64,000 nt of DNA from the human T2T-CHM13v2.0 reference genome, Homo sapiens (GCF_009914755.1 NC_060942.1), one strand, 5' to 3'; positions 46,856 to 61,300 are shown, numbered from the stretch's first letter. The notes: generated from the letters alone by a model not told the origin. Numbers and translations: made by a program.

Positions 46856-47526
46856 TGTATTAGTCTGTTTCTGCACTGCTATAAAAAAACTGAGACTGGG
46901 TTATTTATCTATTTATGTATTGAGATGAAGTCTTGCTCTGTCGCCCAGGCTGGAGTGCACTGGTATGATCTCGGTTCACTGCAACCTCCACCTCCTGGGT
47001 TCAAGCAATTCTCTGCCTCAGCCTCTTGAGTAGCCGGGATTACAGGCACCTGACACCATGCCCAGCTAAGTTTTGTATTTTTAGTGGAGACGGGGTTTCA
47101 CCATCTTGGCCAGGCTGGTCTTGAACTCCTGACCTCGTGATCCACCCGCCACAGCCTCCCAGAGTGCTGGGATTACAGGCATGTGCCACTGTGCCTGGCG
47201 AGACTGGGTAATTTATAAAGGAAATAGGTTTAACTGAGTCACAGTTCCACATGGCTGGGGAGGCCTCAGGAAACTTACAATCATGGCAGAGGGGAAGCAG
47301 GCACCTCTTCCATGATGGCAGGCGAGACAGCATGTATGTGAAGCAAAGGGGGAAGAGCCCCTTATAAAACCATCAGATCTCATGAGAACTCACTCATTAT
47401 CAGAAGAACAGCCTGGGGGAAACCAACCCCATGATCCAATCACCTTCTACCAAGTCTCTCCCTCAATACCTGGGGATTACAATTCAATATGAGATTTGGG
47501 TGGGGACACAAAGCCTAACCATATCA
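46856..47526 (-). mobile_element. THE1D-like solo LTR with internal AluS (~46905-47198)
   Basis: TGTATTAGTC...GGGGACACAAAGCCTAACCATATCA; TSD TGTAG. Confidence 0.9.
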
Positions 47527-48519
47527 TGTAGCTATTAATTGCTTTTCAGATGGGTAATTTACAAATATTTTCTTCCATTCTGTGGGTTTTCTCTTCACTT
47601 TATTGTTTCCTTCACTTTAAAAAAGCTTTCTGACTTGCTGTAATTCCATTTGTCCATGTTTGCTTTGGTTGTCTGTGCTTATGGGGCATTATTTAAGAAA
47701 TTTTTGCCCAAACCAATGCCCTAAAGAGTTTCCCCAGTGTTTTCTTGTAAAATTTTGATAGTTTGAGGTGTTAGGTTTAAGTCCTTAATTCATTTTAATT
47801 TGATTTTTGTATTTTGCAAGAAATAGTGTTGTAGTTTCATTCTTCTGCCTATGGCTTGCCAGTTTTCCCAGCCCTATTTATTACAGAAACTGTCTTGTTT
47901 TTTGTTGTATGTTATTGACACTTTTGTTGAAAATTAGTTTAGTTGTATGAGTTTGTTTCTAAGTTCTCTATTTCATTCCATTTGTCTTTATGTCTTTTTA
48001 TTCTAGTGTCATGCTGTTTTAATTACTATAGCTTGATAGTACAATTTAAAACCATGTAATGGGATTCCTCCAGTTTTGGTTTATATACTCAGAATAGCTT
48101 TGACTATTATGGTGTTTTGTGGTTCCATATTTCAGATTTTTTTTCTATTTCTGTGAGGAATGTCATTGTTATTTTGATAGAGATGGCATGAAATGTATAG
48201 ATTGCTTTGGATTGTATGGACATTTTTTAAAATACTGATTCTTCCAATATGTGAACATAGAAATAACTTTCCATTTTTTTGTCTTCTCTTTCATTTCTTT
48301 TATCGGTGTTTTACATTTTTAATTGTTGAGAACTTTTATTTCTTTGGTAAATTCCCACACATTTTGTTTTATTTGTGGCTATTGCAAATAGGGTTACTTT
48401 TTTGAATTCTTTTGCAGTTTGTTGACTGTTGGCATATAGAAATCCTACTGATTTGTATATGTTAATTTTGTATTCTGCAAATTTACTCAAGTTATTACTT
48501 CTAATAGTTTTTTGATGGA

Positions 48520-50974
48520 AATATTACACCATTCTCACATTGCTGTAAAAACAATTGGTGACTGGTTAATTTATAAAGGAAATAGGTTTAATTGGCTCAT
48601 GGTTCTACAGGCTGTACAGAAAGCATAGCACTGGCTTCTGCTTCTGGTCAAGCCTCTGACAACTGACAATCAAGGTGAAAAATAAATCTGGTGCTTGCAC
48701 ATCACATGGTAAGTGTGAGGGCAGGGGGGAAGTGCTACACACTTGTAGATAACCAGCTCTCATGAAAACTTACTATTGTGAGAATGGCACCAAAGGAAAT
48801 GATGCCAAACTGTTCATGGAAATCCTGCCCTCATGATTCAATCATCTCCCGACTAGGCCCACTTCCAACATTGAGGATTACATTTTAATATAAGATTTTG
48901 GTGGGAACACACACCTAAACTATATCATTTTGCCCCTGGCCATTCCAAATCTCACATCCTTCTCACATTTCAAAATACAATCATGACATCCCAATAATCC
49001 CCAAAGTCTTCACTCATTTCAGCCTTAACTCAAAAGTCAAAAGTCTCATCTAAGACAAAGCTAGTTTATTCTTCCTATAAGCTTGTAAAATAAAAAACAA
49101 ATTAAGTGCTTCCAAGATACAAATGGGGCATAGGCATTGGGTAAATACTCCTATTCTAAAAGGAATAAATCAGCTAAAAAAAAGAGGCCACAGGACCCAT
49201 ACAAGTCTGAAGCCCAGAAGGGGAGTTATTGAATTTTAAGGCTCCAAAATAATTATTTTTGACTCTACGTCCCATTTCCAGGGCACACTAATGCCTTGGG
49301 ACGTTTAGACCTTGTGGCTTTGCATGGTTCAGCCCCCACAGCTGCTCTCATGGGCTGGTATTGCGTGCCACTGGCTGGTTTTGTGTGCTTCTGGCTTTTG
49401 CAGGTGCAAAGTGCAAGCTGTAGCTAGATCTACCATTCTGGGATCTGTAGGACAGTGATCCTCTCCTCACAGATCTACTAGGCCATGCCCCAGTGGGGAA
49501 CCCACATGGGGATTGTAACCCTACATTTCTTCACTGCATTGTTTTAGTAGAGGTTCTCCATGAGGGCTCCACCCCTGCAGCATGCTTCTGCCTGCACACC
49601 CTAGCTTTTTTATACATTATTTGAAGTAAAGGTGGAGGCTCCCAAGTCTCAACTCTTGCATTTTGTACACTCACAGGCCTAACACCATATGAAAGCTACC
49701 AAGGCTTATGGCTTGCACCCTCTGAAGCAGTGACTGGAGTTGTAACTGGGCCAATTTGTGCTACACCTGGAGCTGGAGCAGTGGCCAGGATGCAGGGAGC
49801 CATGTTCTAAGGCTACCCAAGGCAGCAGTTCCTGGGCCTGATCCCAGAAACTATTCTCTTCTTTTAGGCCTCAGGGTCTGTGATGGGGGGCTGCCTTTTA
49901 GATTTCTAAAATGCCTTCAATTCCTCTTCCCCATTGTCTTGGCTATCAACACTTGCTTTTTTTTTTTTTTAAGTTATACAAATATCTCTAACAAGTGATT
50001 GCTCCACAGGCTGCTCGAGTTCCTCTCTTGTAAAAGCTTTTTATTTTTCTGCCACATGACTAGGCTGCAAAGTTTTTAAGCTTTTACGCTATGCTTCCCT
50101 TGCAAGTAAAAATAGATTACAACTTACTTTTTTTTGCTCCAACATGTGAGCATAGGTTGTTAGAAGCAGCCAGGCCACATCTTCAATGCTTTAGTGCTTA
50201 GATATTTTTTCAACAGAAACCCTAAATCATCACTTTCAAATTCAAACTTTTATATAACCCTAGGGCATAACAGAAATTCAGCCAACCACTTTGCTAAGAC
50301 AACATGAATGACCTTTGCTTCGATCCTAATAAGTTTCTAATTTTCATCTGAGACCTCCTCAGCTCAGCCTTCACCGTCCAGATCACTATCAGCATTTTCG
50401 TCAAAGCCATTCAAAGTTAAGAAAATCTCAACTTTCCCTCATTTTTCTGTCTTCTTCTGAATCCTACAAACTCTTCCAACCTCTGCCTGTTTACCCAATT
50501 ACAAAGCTGATTCCACATTTTCAGGTATTCATATAACAATTTTCCACTCCTTTGTGCCAATTTTCTGTATTAAGCTTTTTTCCCATCACTATAAATACCT
50601 GAGACTGGGTAATTTATTTTTTAAAAAGGAGGTTTAAGTGGCTCATGATTCTACAGGCTGTAGAGAAGACACAGCACTGGTATGCACTTCTGGGAAGGCC
50701 TCTGGAAGTTTACAGTCATGGCAAAAGTTGAAGCAGAATCTTGCACATCATAGGGCAAAAAGCAGGAGCAAAAAAACAGAGGGGCAAGTTGTTACACACT
50801 TTTAAATAACCAGGTCTTATGGGAACTCACTCACTATCATGAAGATAGTACCAAGTGGGATGGTGCTAAGCCATTTATGAGTAATCCACCCCAATGGTTA
50901 AATCACCTTTCACCTGGCCCACCTCCAACATTGGGAATTACATTTGGGAGGGGACACACATTAAAACCCTATCA
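48520..50974 (-). mobile_element. Full-structure MSTA-like MaLR: LTR 48520-48927, internal ~48928-50565, LTR 50566-50974
   Basis: Two homologous MST LTRs flank a MaLR internal sequence. Confidence 0.87.
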
Positions 50975-51349
50975 GAGGAGTCTTTACGTTTTTCCAAATA
51001 TAAGATTATATCACTGGCAAAAACAATAATTTGACTTCTTTTCCAATTGGGATGCCTTTTATTGCTTTCTCTTGTCTGATTGCTCCAGATAGGAATTTCA
51101 GAATTATGTTGAATTACAGCGGTAAAAGTGGATATTCTTGTCATCTTCCAGATTTTAGAGGAAAGGCTTTTAGTTTTTCCCCACTTAGTATGATACTAGC
51201 TGGGGGTCTGTCATATATGACTTTTATTATGTTGAGATATGTTCATTCCATACCAGTTTTCAAAGGGTTTATTATTAAAGAATATTTAATTTTATCAAAT
51301 AATTTTTTAGCATAATGGAAATGATTATATGGATTTTGTCCTTCATTCT

Positions 51350-51679
<330 letters not shown>

Positions 51680-54224
51680 TGATTTGCGTGTTGAACCATC
51701 CTTGTATCTCTGGGATAAATTCCACTTGGTCATTATGAATTACCTATTTATGTATTGTTTAATTGAGTTTGCTAGGTTTTTTGCAAATTTTTGCATCAAT
51801 ATTCTCAAATATGGGCCCGTAGTTTGCTTTTTAAATGTGTCTTTGTCTTGTTTTGATATCAGTGTAATACTAGCCTCAAAGAATGAGTTTGGAAATGTTC
51901 TTTCCTTCTCTATTTTTCAGTCTGGTCCTACAGACATTTTTTTATTATGGCTTTAATTTTGTTACTCGTTATTGGTCTGTTCAGGTTTTGGATTTTTTCC
52001 TAGTTCACTCTTGGTAAGTTGAGTGTGTCTAAGAATTAATTTCCTCTAGGTTTTCTAATTTGTTGGCATACAATTACTTATAGTAGCCACTAATGATCCT
52101 TTGATTTTCTGAAACTTGTAATGTCTCCTTTTTCACCTTTGATTTTATTAATTTGTATCTTCTCTGTTTTTTAGCTAGCTGTCTAAATATTTGTTAATTG
52201 TTTTACTTTTCAAAAAACCAACTTTTTGTTTCATTGATCTTTTGCACTGTTTTCTTCATTCTATTTCTGCTCTAATTTTTATTATTTCTTTTCTTCTAAT
52301 TTTGAGTTTTGTTTGGCCTTTTTATTCTAGTGAATTAAGATGTATTGTTAGGTTATTTATTTGCAGCTTTTCTGATTTTTATATAGGCACTTACAGTTAT
52401 AAATTTTCCTTTTATAATAGTACCTCTTTTACCATATTCCACAGGTTTTGCTATGCTATGTTTCTATTATTGTTTGTTTCAAGAAATTTTTCCATTTTCT
52501 TTTTAACATTTTTATTGACCTACTGATCATTAAAGAGCATACTGTTTAATGTCCAAGTGTTTGTATAGTTTCTGAAATTCATTTTTTAATTGATTTCTAG
52601 TTTGTTCCATTGTGGTCAGAGAAAATGCTTGATATTACTTCAATTTTTTTAATGTTTTTAGACTTGTTACATAATATATGGTCTATCCTTGAAAATAACC
52701 CATGTGCAGAGAAGAACAATGTGTATTCTGCAGCTGTTGAATGAAATTTTCTGTAAATATCTATTAGGTTCATTTGTTATACAGTGCAGATTAAGTCTGA
52801 TGTTTCTTTGTTGATTTTCTGTCTGGAAGGTCTATCCAATGACTAAAGTAGGGTGTTGAAGTGTCCAGCCATTATTGTATTGATATCTCTTTCTTTAGCT
52901 CTTATAGTATTTGCTTCATTTATCTAGGTGCTTTAGTGTTGAGTGCATATATATTTCTTATTATATCCTCTTGAAGAATTGATCTCTTTATTATTATATA
53001 ATGACCTTCTTAATATCTTCCTACAGTCTTTTGTTGAAATCTATTTTTGTATGGTATAAGTAAAGCTATTTCTGCTCTTTTTTGGTTTCTATCGGCATGG
53101 AATAACTTTTTCCATCATTTTATTTTCAGTCTAAATGTATCTTTACAGGTAGAGTATTTTTTTTGTAGGTCACAGATTATTGTCTTGCTTCTCTATCCAT
53201 TCATCCACTATTTGTCTTTTGATTGGAGTATTTAGTTCATGTACATTCAATGTTATTATTGATAAGCACTTACTCCTGCCATTTTGTTACTTGTTTTCTG
53301 ATTGATTTTTGTCCTCTCATTGTTCTTTTCTTTCTTCCTGTCTTCCTTTTAGTGAAGGTGATTTATATTTTAATATTATCTAATTTATTGCTTTTTACTT
53401 TTTGTACATCTGTGGTACGCTTTTTGATTTAAAATTACCATGAGGCTTGAATATAATATAACACATCATTTTAGACTGTGGACAATTTAACATTGATTGC
53501 ATAAACAAAGAAACAAGCAAAGCAACTAATAAAAACTCTACACTTTAACTCCATTGCCATTCTTTTAAACTTTTTGTTGTTTCTCTTCCTTCCCTATTTT
53601 ACTGTCTATGTCTTGGAAATATGTTGTAGTTATTTTTTATTGGCTTATTGTTTACTCTTTCTATTTGAGATTTTTGCACACCATAATTACCATGTTATAA
53701 TATTCTGTGTTTTTCCATGTGCTATTACTACTGAGTTCTGTACCTTCAGATGACTTCTTATTGCTTACTCACTTTTTTCTTTCAGGCTCAGAACTCCCTT
53801 TTGCATTTCTTGTAGGACAGGTCTGGTGTTAATGAAATACCTCAGTTTTTGTTTGTCGGAAAAAGTTCTTATTTCTCTGTCAAGTTTAAAGGACTTTTTG
53901 CCAGATACATTATTCTAAAGTAAAGTCTTTTTTTTTCCTTCAGCTTTTTTAATATGTCATGCCACTCTTTCAGCCTGTAAATTTTCTCCTGAAAAGTCTG
54001 CTGTCAGATGTATTGGAGTTCCATTGAATGTTATTTGTGTCTCTTCTCTTGCTGCTTTTAGAATCATATCTTTATCCTTAACCTTTGGGTGTTCAGTTAA
54101 GTGCCTTGAGGTGGTCTTCTTTGGGTTAAATCTGCTTGATGTTCTGTAACTTTCTTGTACTTGAATGTTGATATCAAATGTTGGGGAATTGTTTTTAATA
54201 TTATTTCTTTAAATAAATGTTTAA

Positions 54225-54522
<298 letters not shown>

Positions 54523-55405
54523 AATAAATGTTTAGCTCTTATCTCTTTTTCTACCACCTCTTTAAGGCCAATAACTCTTAGATTCCTATTTTGAGGCTAT
54601 TTTTTAGATTCTGTAGGCATGCTTTATTTTTCATTCTTTTTTGTCTCCTCTGACTTTTTCTTTTCAAATAGTCTGACTTCAAGTTCACTAAATCTATCTT
54701 CTCCTTGATCAATTTTTTTAAGTAACTCTGATGCATTCTTCAGTATGATAATTGGATTTTAACTTCAGAATTTCTGCTTTATTCTTTTTATTTCAATCTC
54801 GTTAAATTTATCTGATAGAATTTTGAATTCCTTCTCTGCATTATATTGAATTTCTTTGAATTACCTCAACCAGCTATTTAGGATTTCCTGCATGAAAGGT
54901 CACATATCTCTATTTTTCCAGGATTTGCCCCTGGTGCCTTATTTAGCTTGTTTGGTGAGGTCATGTTTTCCTGGATGGCCTTGATACTTGTAGATGTTCA
55001 TCCATATCTGGGCATTGAAGAGTTCAGTCTTTATTGTAGTCTTCACAGTCTGGGCTTCTTTGTGCCCATTATTTTTGGGAACATTTTCCAGGTGTTCAAA
55101 GAGACTTAGGTCCCAAGCCCAAAAGCACAGTAGCAAACATGTAGAGGTACTGCTGTGGTGGCCTTGGATTAACATTAAGAAAAATTCTCTTGATTTATCA
55201 AGTAGAGATTCTAGTTCTCTTCCCTTTCTTTCTCTGAAACCAGCAGTCTCTCTTTCTGTGCTAAGCCATGTGGAGCTGGAGTTGGGGTAATATAAGCATC
55301 CCTGAGGCCATCACCACTGAGACTGCGCTGGTTCACACTTGAAGTAGGCATAGAACTTGGTCTCACCCAAGGCCCACTGTAACGACAACTTGGCTACCAT
55401 ATAAC

Positions 55406-55411
55406 TTTATT
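55406..55411 (-). terminator. AATAAA just beyond the ITS on the TERRA-sense strand (candidate)
   Basis: Minus strand reads ...CTAGGGCTTTT AATAAA GTTATATGGTAGC CA AGTTGTCGTT. Use is unproven. Confidence 0.4.
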
Positions 55412-55416
55412 AAAAG

Positions 55417-56092
55417 CCCTAGCCCTAGCCCTAACCCTAACCCCAAACCCTAACCCTAGCCCTAGCCTTAGCCCTAACCCTAACCCTAACCCCTAACCCT
55501 AACCCTAACCCTAACCCTAACCCTAACCCTAACCCTAACCCTAACCCAACCCCAACCCTAACCCCTAACCCTAACCCTAACCCTAACCCTAACCCTAACC
55601 CTAACCCTACCCTAACCCCAACCCCAACCCCAACCCCAACCCTAACCCAACCCTAACCCCAACCCCAACCCCAACCCCAACCCCAACCCCAACCCCAACC
55701 CCAACCCAAACCCTAAACCCTAAACCCTAAACCCTAAACCTAACCCTAACCCTAACCCTAACCCTAACCCCTAACCCTAACCCCTAACCCCTAACCCCTA
55801 ACCCCTAACCCCTAACCCTAACCCTAACCCTAACCCCTAACCCTAACCCTAACCCTAACCCAACCCTAACCCTAACCCTAACCCTAACCCTAACCCCTAA
55901 CCCTAACCCTAACCCCTAACCCTAACCCTAACCCTAACCCTAACCCTAACCCTACCCCTACCCCAACCCCAACCCCAACCCCAACCCCAACCCTAACCCA
56001 ACCCTAACCCTAACCCTAACCCTAACCCTAACCCCTAACCCCTAACCCTAACCCCTAACCCTAACCCTAACCCTAACCCTAACCCTAACCCT
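55417..56092 (-). repeat. Interstitial telomeric sequence, 676 bp, same orientation as the terminal telomere, variant-rich
   Basis: CCCTAA mixed with CCCTAG, CCCCAA, CCCTAAA and CCCCTAA blocks. Confidence 0.99.
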
Positions 56093-56389
56093 TCTAACTG
56101 GACTCTGACCCTGATTGTTGAGGGCTGCAAAGAGGAAGACTTTTATTTACCGTCGCTGTGGCCCCGAGTTGTCCCAAAGCGAGGTAATGCCCGCAAGGTC
56201 TGTGCTGATCAGGACGCAGCTCTGCCTTCGGGGTGCCCCTGGACTGCCCGCCCGCCCGGGTCTGTGCTGAGGAGAACGCTGCTCCGCCTCCGCGGTACTC
56301 CGGACATCTGTGCAGAGAAGAACGCAGCTGCGCCCTCGCCATGCTCTGCGAGTCTCTGCTGATGAGAACACAGCTTCACTTTCGCAAAG
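56093..56389. repeat. TAR1, second copy
   Basis: Matches 2017-2313. Confidence 0.9.
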
Positions 56390-56940
56390 GCGCAGCGCCG
56401 GCGCAGGCGCGGAGGGGCGCGCAGCGCCGGCGCAGGCGCGGAGGGGCGCGCAGCGCCGGCGCAGGCGCGGAGGGGCGCGCAGCGCCGGCGCAGGCGCGGA
56501 GGGGCGCGCAGCGCCGGCGCAGGCGCGGAGGGGCGCGCAGCGCCGGCGCAGGCGCGGAGGGGCGCGCAGCGCCGGCGCAGGCGCGGAGGGGCGCGCAGCG
56601 CCGGCGCAGGCGCGGAGGGGCGCGCAGCGCCGGCGCAGGCGCGGAGGGGCGCGCAGCGCCGGCGCAGGCGCGGAGGGGCGCGCAGCGCCGGCGCAGGCGC
56701 GGAGGGGCGCGCAGCGCCGGCGCAGGCGCGGAGGGGCGCGCAGCGCCGGCGCAGGCGCGGAGGGGCGCGCAGCGCCGGCGCAGGCGCGGAGGGGCGCGCA
56801 GCGCCGGCGCAGGCGCGGAGGGGCGCGCAGCGCCGGCGCAGGCGCGGAGGGGCGCGCAGCGCCGGCGCAGGCGCGGAGGGGCGCGCAGCGCCGGCGCAGG
56901 CGCGGAGGGGCGCGCAGCGCCGGCGCAGGCGCGGAGGGGC
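56390..56940. repeat. 29-bp CpG VNTR, 19 copies (interstitial TERRA-type promoter)
   Basis: 551 bp = 19x29. Confidence 0.97.
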
Positions 56941-57397
56941 GCGCCCGAACCCGAACCCTAATGCCGTCATAAGAGCCCTAGGGAGACCTTAGGGAACAAG
57001 CATTAAACTGACACTCGATTCTGTAGCCGGCTCTGCCAAGAGACATGGCGTTGCGGTGATATGAGGGCAGGGGTCATGGAAGAAAGCCTTCTGGTTTTAG
57101 ACCCACAGGAAGATCTGTGACGCGCTCTTGGGTAGAGCACACGTTGCTGGGCGTGCGCTTGAAAAGAGCCTAAGAAGAGGGGGCGTCTGGAAGGAACCGC
57201 AACGCCAAGGGAGGGTGTCCAGCCTTCCCGCTTCAACACCTGGACACATTCTGGAAAGTTTCCTAAGAAAGCCAGAAAAATAATTTAAAAAAAAATCCAG
57301 AGGCCAGACGGGCTAATGGGGCTTTACTGCGACTATCTGGCTTAATCCTCCAAACAACCTTGCCATACCAGCCCATCAGTCCTCTGAGACAGGTGAA

Positions 57398-58388
57398 GAA
57401 CCTGAGGTCGCAGGAGGACACCCAGAAGGTCCAGAGAGAGCCTCCTAGGCCCCCCACCTCCCCCCGTGGCAGCTCCAACCCCAGCTTTTTCACTAGTAAG
57501 GCAGTCGGGCCCCTGGGCCACGCCCACTCCCCCAAGCGGGGAAGGACCTTCGCGCTGCCGCTTGGCTGGGGACTGGGCACCGCCCTCCCGCGGCTCCTGA
57601 GCCGGCTGCCACCAGGGGGCGCGCCAGCGGTGTCCGGGAGCCTAGCGGCGCGTGTACAGCGGCCAGTGCACCTGCTCTGGCCCTCGCCGCGGTCTCTGCC
57701 AGGACCCCGACGCCCAGCCTGACCCTGCCATTCAGCGGGGCTGCGGCTCCACGGCCTGCGACAGCAGCCCCACCTGGCATTCAGCGCGCTCCCGGGGGCA
57801 GAGGTCGCGGTGTCCTCACGCTGTGGTGCCGGCCTACAACCCCCACGCCGGGCTCGGGCCCGGCGAAGGAGGGCGATGCTCCCCGGGTAGGACAAACCGG
57901 TCACCTGGGCTGCGACGGCGGCTTAGGGGCAGAAGCGGCGGTCCAGGGCCGCCTGGCGCAGCAGCCTGTCCCAGCCGCGGTCCCTGCAGTCCCTCCCTGG
58001 CGGCTGCGCAGCCGTCCCACGACAGGGGCCATAAACTCTCCAGAGCGGAAAGCCGCACCCTGGTGGCCCGGCCCCGCGCCCAGACCTGGCGGCCGCTGGC
58101 ACCTGACCCGCTGCATGGGTCTCCAGGGAGCTCGCTGCCCACCCGGCGCTGCAGGCTCGGCTCCCTCGTACACTCTCTGGTAGGTGCTAGGGACGACCCT
58201 ATGGGCCAGCTTGCCATGCCCAGTCCCCAGGCCGCACCCACCCTGGCTCCCTGGGCTAGGGGACTGGCTCCTCCTGTGAGTCGTGGGTCTGGGAGGCAGG
58301 GGCGTTAGGGGAGAGTGAGGGACCGAGGGCAGCCCCTGCTGTGTGCACAGCGAGGTCGTGCACAGGCGTCTGTTGCAGAGCGTGCAGC
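57398..58388. promoter_or_regulatory. CpG island, second copy, with CTCF motif at 57609-57622
   Basis: Copy of 3380-4370. Confidence 0.8.
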
Positions 58389-61300
58389 TTCAGATGAGAC
58401 TGGATTGCAGGTGGAGATGACTGTGGGTGCGCACACCTGGAGGTGAAGGGGAGGCAGCCTGTCTACCTGACCCATGAAATACAGGAGACTGTACCCCAGA
58501 AGCAGCGGGTTCACTGCTCCATTGATTAAGCAAGTCTGGGACACACATGTAGCTAAGCTGTGAGTTCTGTACCAGCGATCCCAACACCCACGCCCTCAGA
58601 AAGACACTGGTGTGGGGCCTGGGTGCTTGTCAGGCCTGAAAGTGGAGAGCACGGGCCAGAGACTGAGTAGGGGGAACCCACCCTAGCGCTCTGAGGGACG
58701 ACGATGTGGGGAGCTGGTGACAGAGCCTGAGCTGGCCCAATGTTGCACGGTGGGGACAGATTCGAGGTACAGTGGGGACTGGTGACCTCAGTTCCCAGTG
58801 TCCCAGCCTGGCCTCCCAGTCCACCCAACAATTAGTGGGTGCTGCCCTGCAAAGACTCTGGGGGTGCCTCAGCCCTCCTCATCACACGTGACTGGTGACT
58901 TCTGTGTCCACCCGCACAATAAGAGGGATCTTCTCTCACTTTCAGGCAAGCCCAAGAAAGTCAGGGGCCTATGTGAGCCAAAGAGGAGAGAAGGTGATGC
59001 CTCAGCCCAGTGTTTCTGCCCCACCTCGCTTGTGGCCTTCGGAACTTGATTTGCACCGCAGGAAAATGGGCAATGAAAACCCCTCCCTAACTGGCTTCTC
59101 AGTCCACTCTGACCAGCCCACTGCACAGCGCCCACCCTGCAGCTCCAGGTACAGAGGCTGGGATGGCTCTGGGCTGACCTAAGGGCCTTCTGATGGCTCC
59201 AACCCTCGGGATGCCTCATGCTCACCCTTTGGCACCCACCTGACAGCTCAGCATCTCTGCTCTCTGCCATCCTCAATGCCTGCTCTAGACAAGCCCAAGT
59301 CCCCCAGGAGTGGCAGAGGGAACTGAGCCGAAAACTAAGTCTCGGCTCACTGAACCCCAAGTGGGCTGTCCAGCCTCGCCCTTCAGTTCACAACCCCAGG
59401 CAGGTTCCCTCCAGGGATGTGATCCCAGGGGCCACAGCAGCACATTCTGGCCTAACCTATCCACTATTTAAACAGTTACTGAAAAGGCCAGGATGGCCGT
59501 GGGCCCTGACATTAATCCCCTTTCTCTGTGAGGGGGCTGGGTTGGGTTTGCCATCCTGATGTCTTTGTGGAAAGAGCTGGCAGGTGAAGCAAGTCTCAGG
59601 GGCCAGCCATGGGACAAGGAACCTAGGACTGGCCTCTGCTGGAACCCTCTGAGGCCCCTGCGGACAGGAGGATCCAATGGAGGTCTAGCCACCCCTCCCA
59701 GGTTGGTGCTCACAGCCCCTCCCTGGCCCACTCCCTGCACACCTGCACCTGCTGGTCTCTGGGAGAGGAGCATCCATCCATCTTGTGCGCATAGCTTTCG
59801 GCTCCATTTTCATGAGGATGGTCTCCTTGGCAGAAATGCCCATTAGGGGATCCTGAGCCTGTGCTAGCTCTTCTCTAAGTGCCAAAGCCAGTGAGAGGGA
59901 CTTGAAAACTCAAGACTTATTAACATTATTTTCTGCATTTTGTGCTTTCAGGGTTGTTTTTTCCTTAAAATGTGTAAAAACAAACATTGAGATTTCTATC
60001 TTTTATATAATTTGGATTCTGTTATCACACGGACTTTTCCTGAAATTTATTTTTATGTATGTATATCAAACATTGAATTTCTGTTTTCTTCTTTACTGGA
60101 ATTGTTAACTGTTTTATAGGCCAAATCTTTTAAAAAAAACACATCTCTCTAATTTCTCTAAACATTTCTAATTACATATATATTTACTATACCTAATACA
60201 CTACTTTGGAATTCCTTGAGGCCTAAATGCATCGGGGTGCTCTGGTTTTGTTGTTGTTATTTCTGAATGACATTTACTTTGGTGCTCTTTATTTTGCGTA
60301 TTTAAAACTATTAGATCGTGTGATTATATTTGACAGGTCTTAATTGACGCGCTGTTCAGCCCTTTGAGTTCGGTTGAGTTTTGGGTTGGAGAATTTTCTT
60401 CCACAAGGGATTGTCTTGGATTTTTCTGTTTCTCCCTCAATATCCACCTGGAAAACATTTCAATTAATTTATATTTACTTAAATATTTCTGTGCAAAAAC
60501 TGTGTACAAAAGCCCCAAAGCATAATTTGTGCAGTTGAGCGCATGTTCTGTTGTTCAGCATTTATGGTGGTTGGTAGTGGAAAAGATTTTTAGAATATGT
60601 GGATTTTCGGGATATTCCCAGAAGCCCAGATAGCGACACTTTACCTTTGGAGGAATTACTTCTCAGAATATTGCACACAATCAATCGCCTTTGGAAGGAG
60701 CATATATCCCCAGCAAAAGCTCTGGTTTTTTGAAGTCTGTATTGTGTGTTACTTCCAGGAGAATATGCAATGATGACAATGTTATTAGATGATTCAAATA
60801 TGAAGTGCTGTTATGCCAAACAATGAATCTTTGTGTTATACATTATGCCTAACTATAAATCTTTGTGTTATACATTTTAATGTCATTGGAGAGTACTCCT
60901 GTCTTCTTGGCATTATTGATAATTAGATTCTAATTGCTAATAAGTCAGAAAAATTAGGAACACCAAATTTCAGTTGTCTCAAAAGCACTCCTCTTATTAA
61001 ATTTGGATGTTTACCTTTATCACATCAAAAGAAATATTGTTAGAAAGGTGTTTAATGTTTTGCAGATGGATAGATTACTGTTATTAGTTCTCATTTCATT
61101 GTTAATTTTTAAAACCATAAGGTTGGAAGTATCAATATGCCTTTCAATATACCTTAGTGGAATTTATTAAATTTTCATGGATGTCCTTTAGGGGGTTCAG
61201 GAAGTTATTTCTATTGCTAGATTTCTGGAAGATTTATCAGGAATGAGTGTCAGACATTGTCAGACGTCCATTGAAATCATCATGGTCTTTTCCTTTATTC

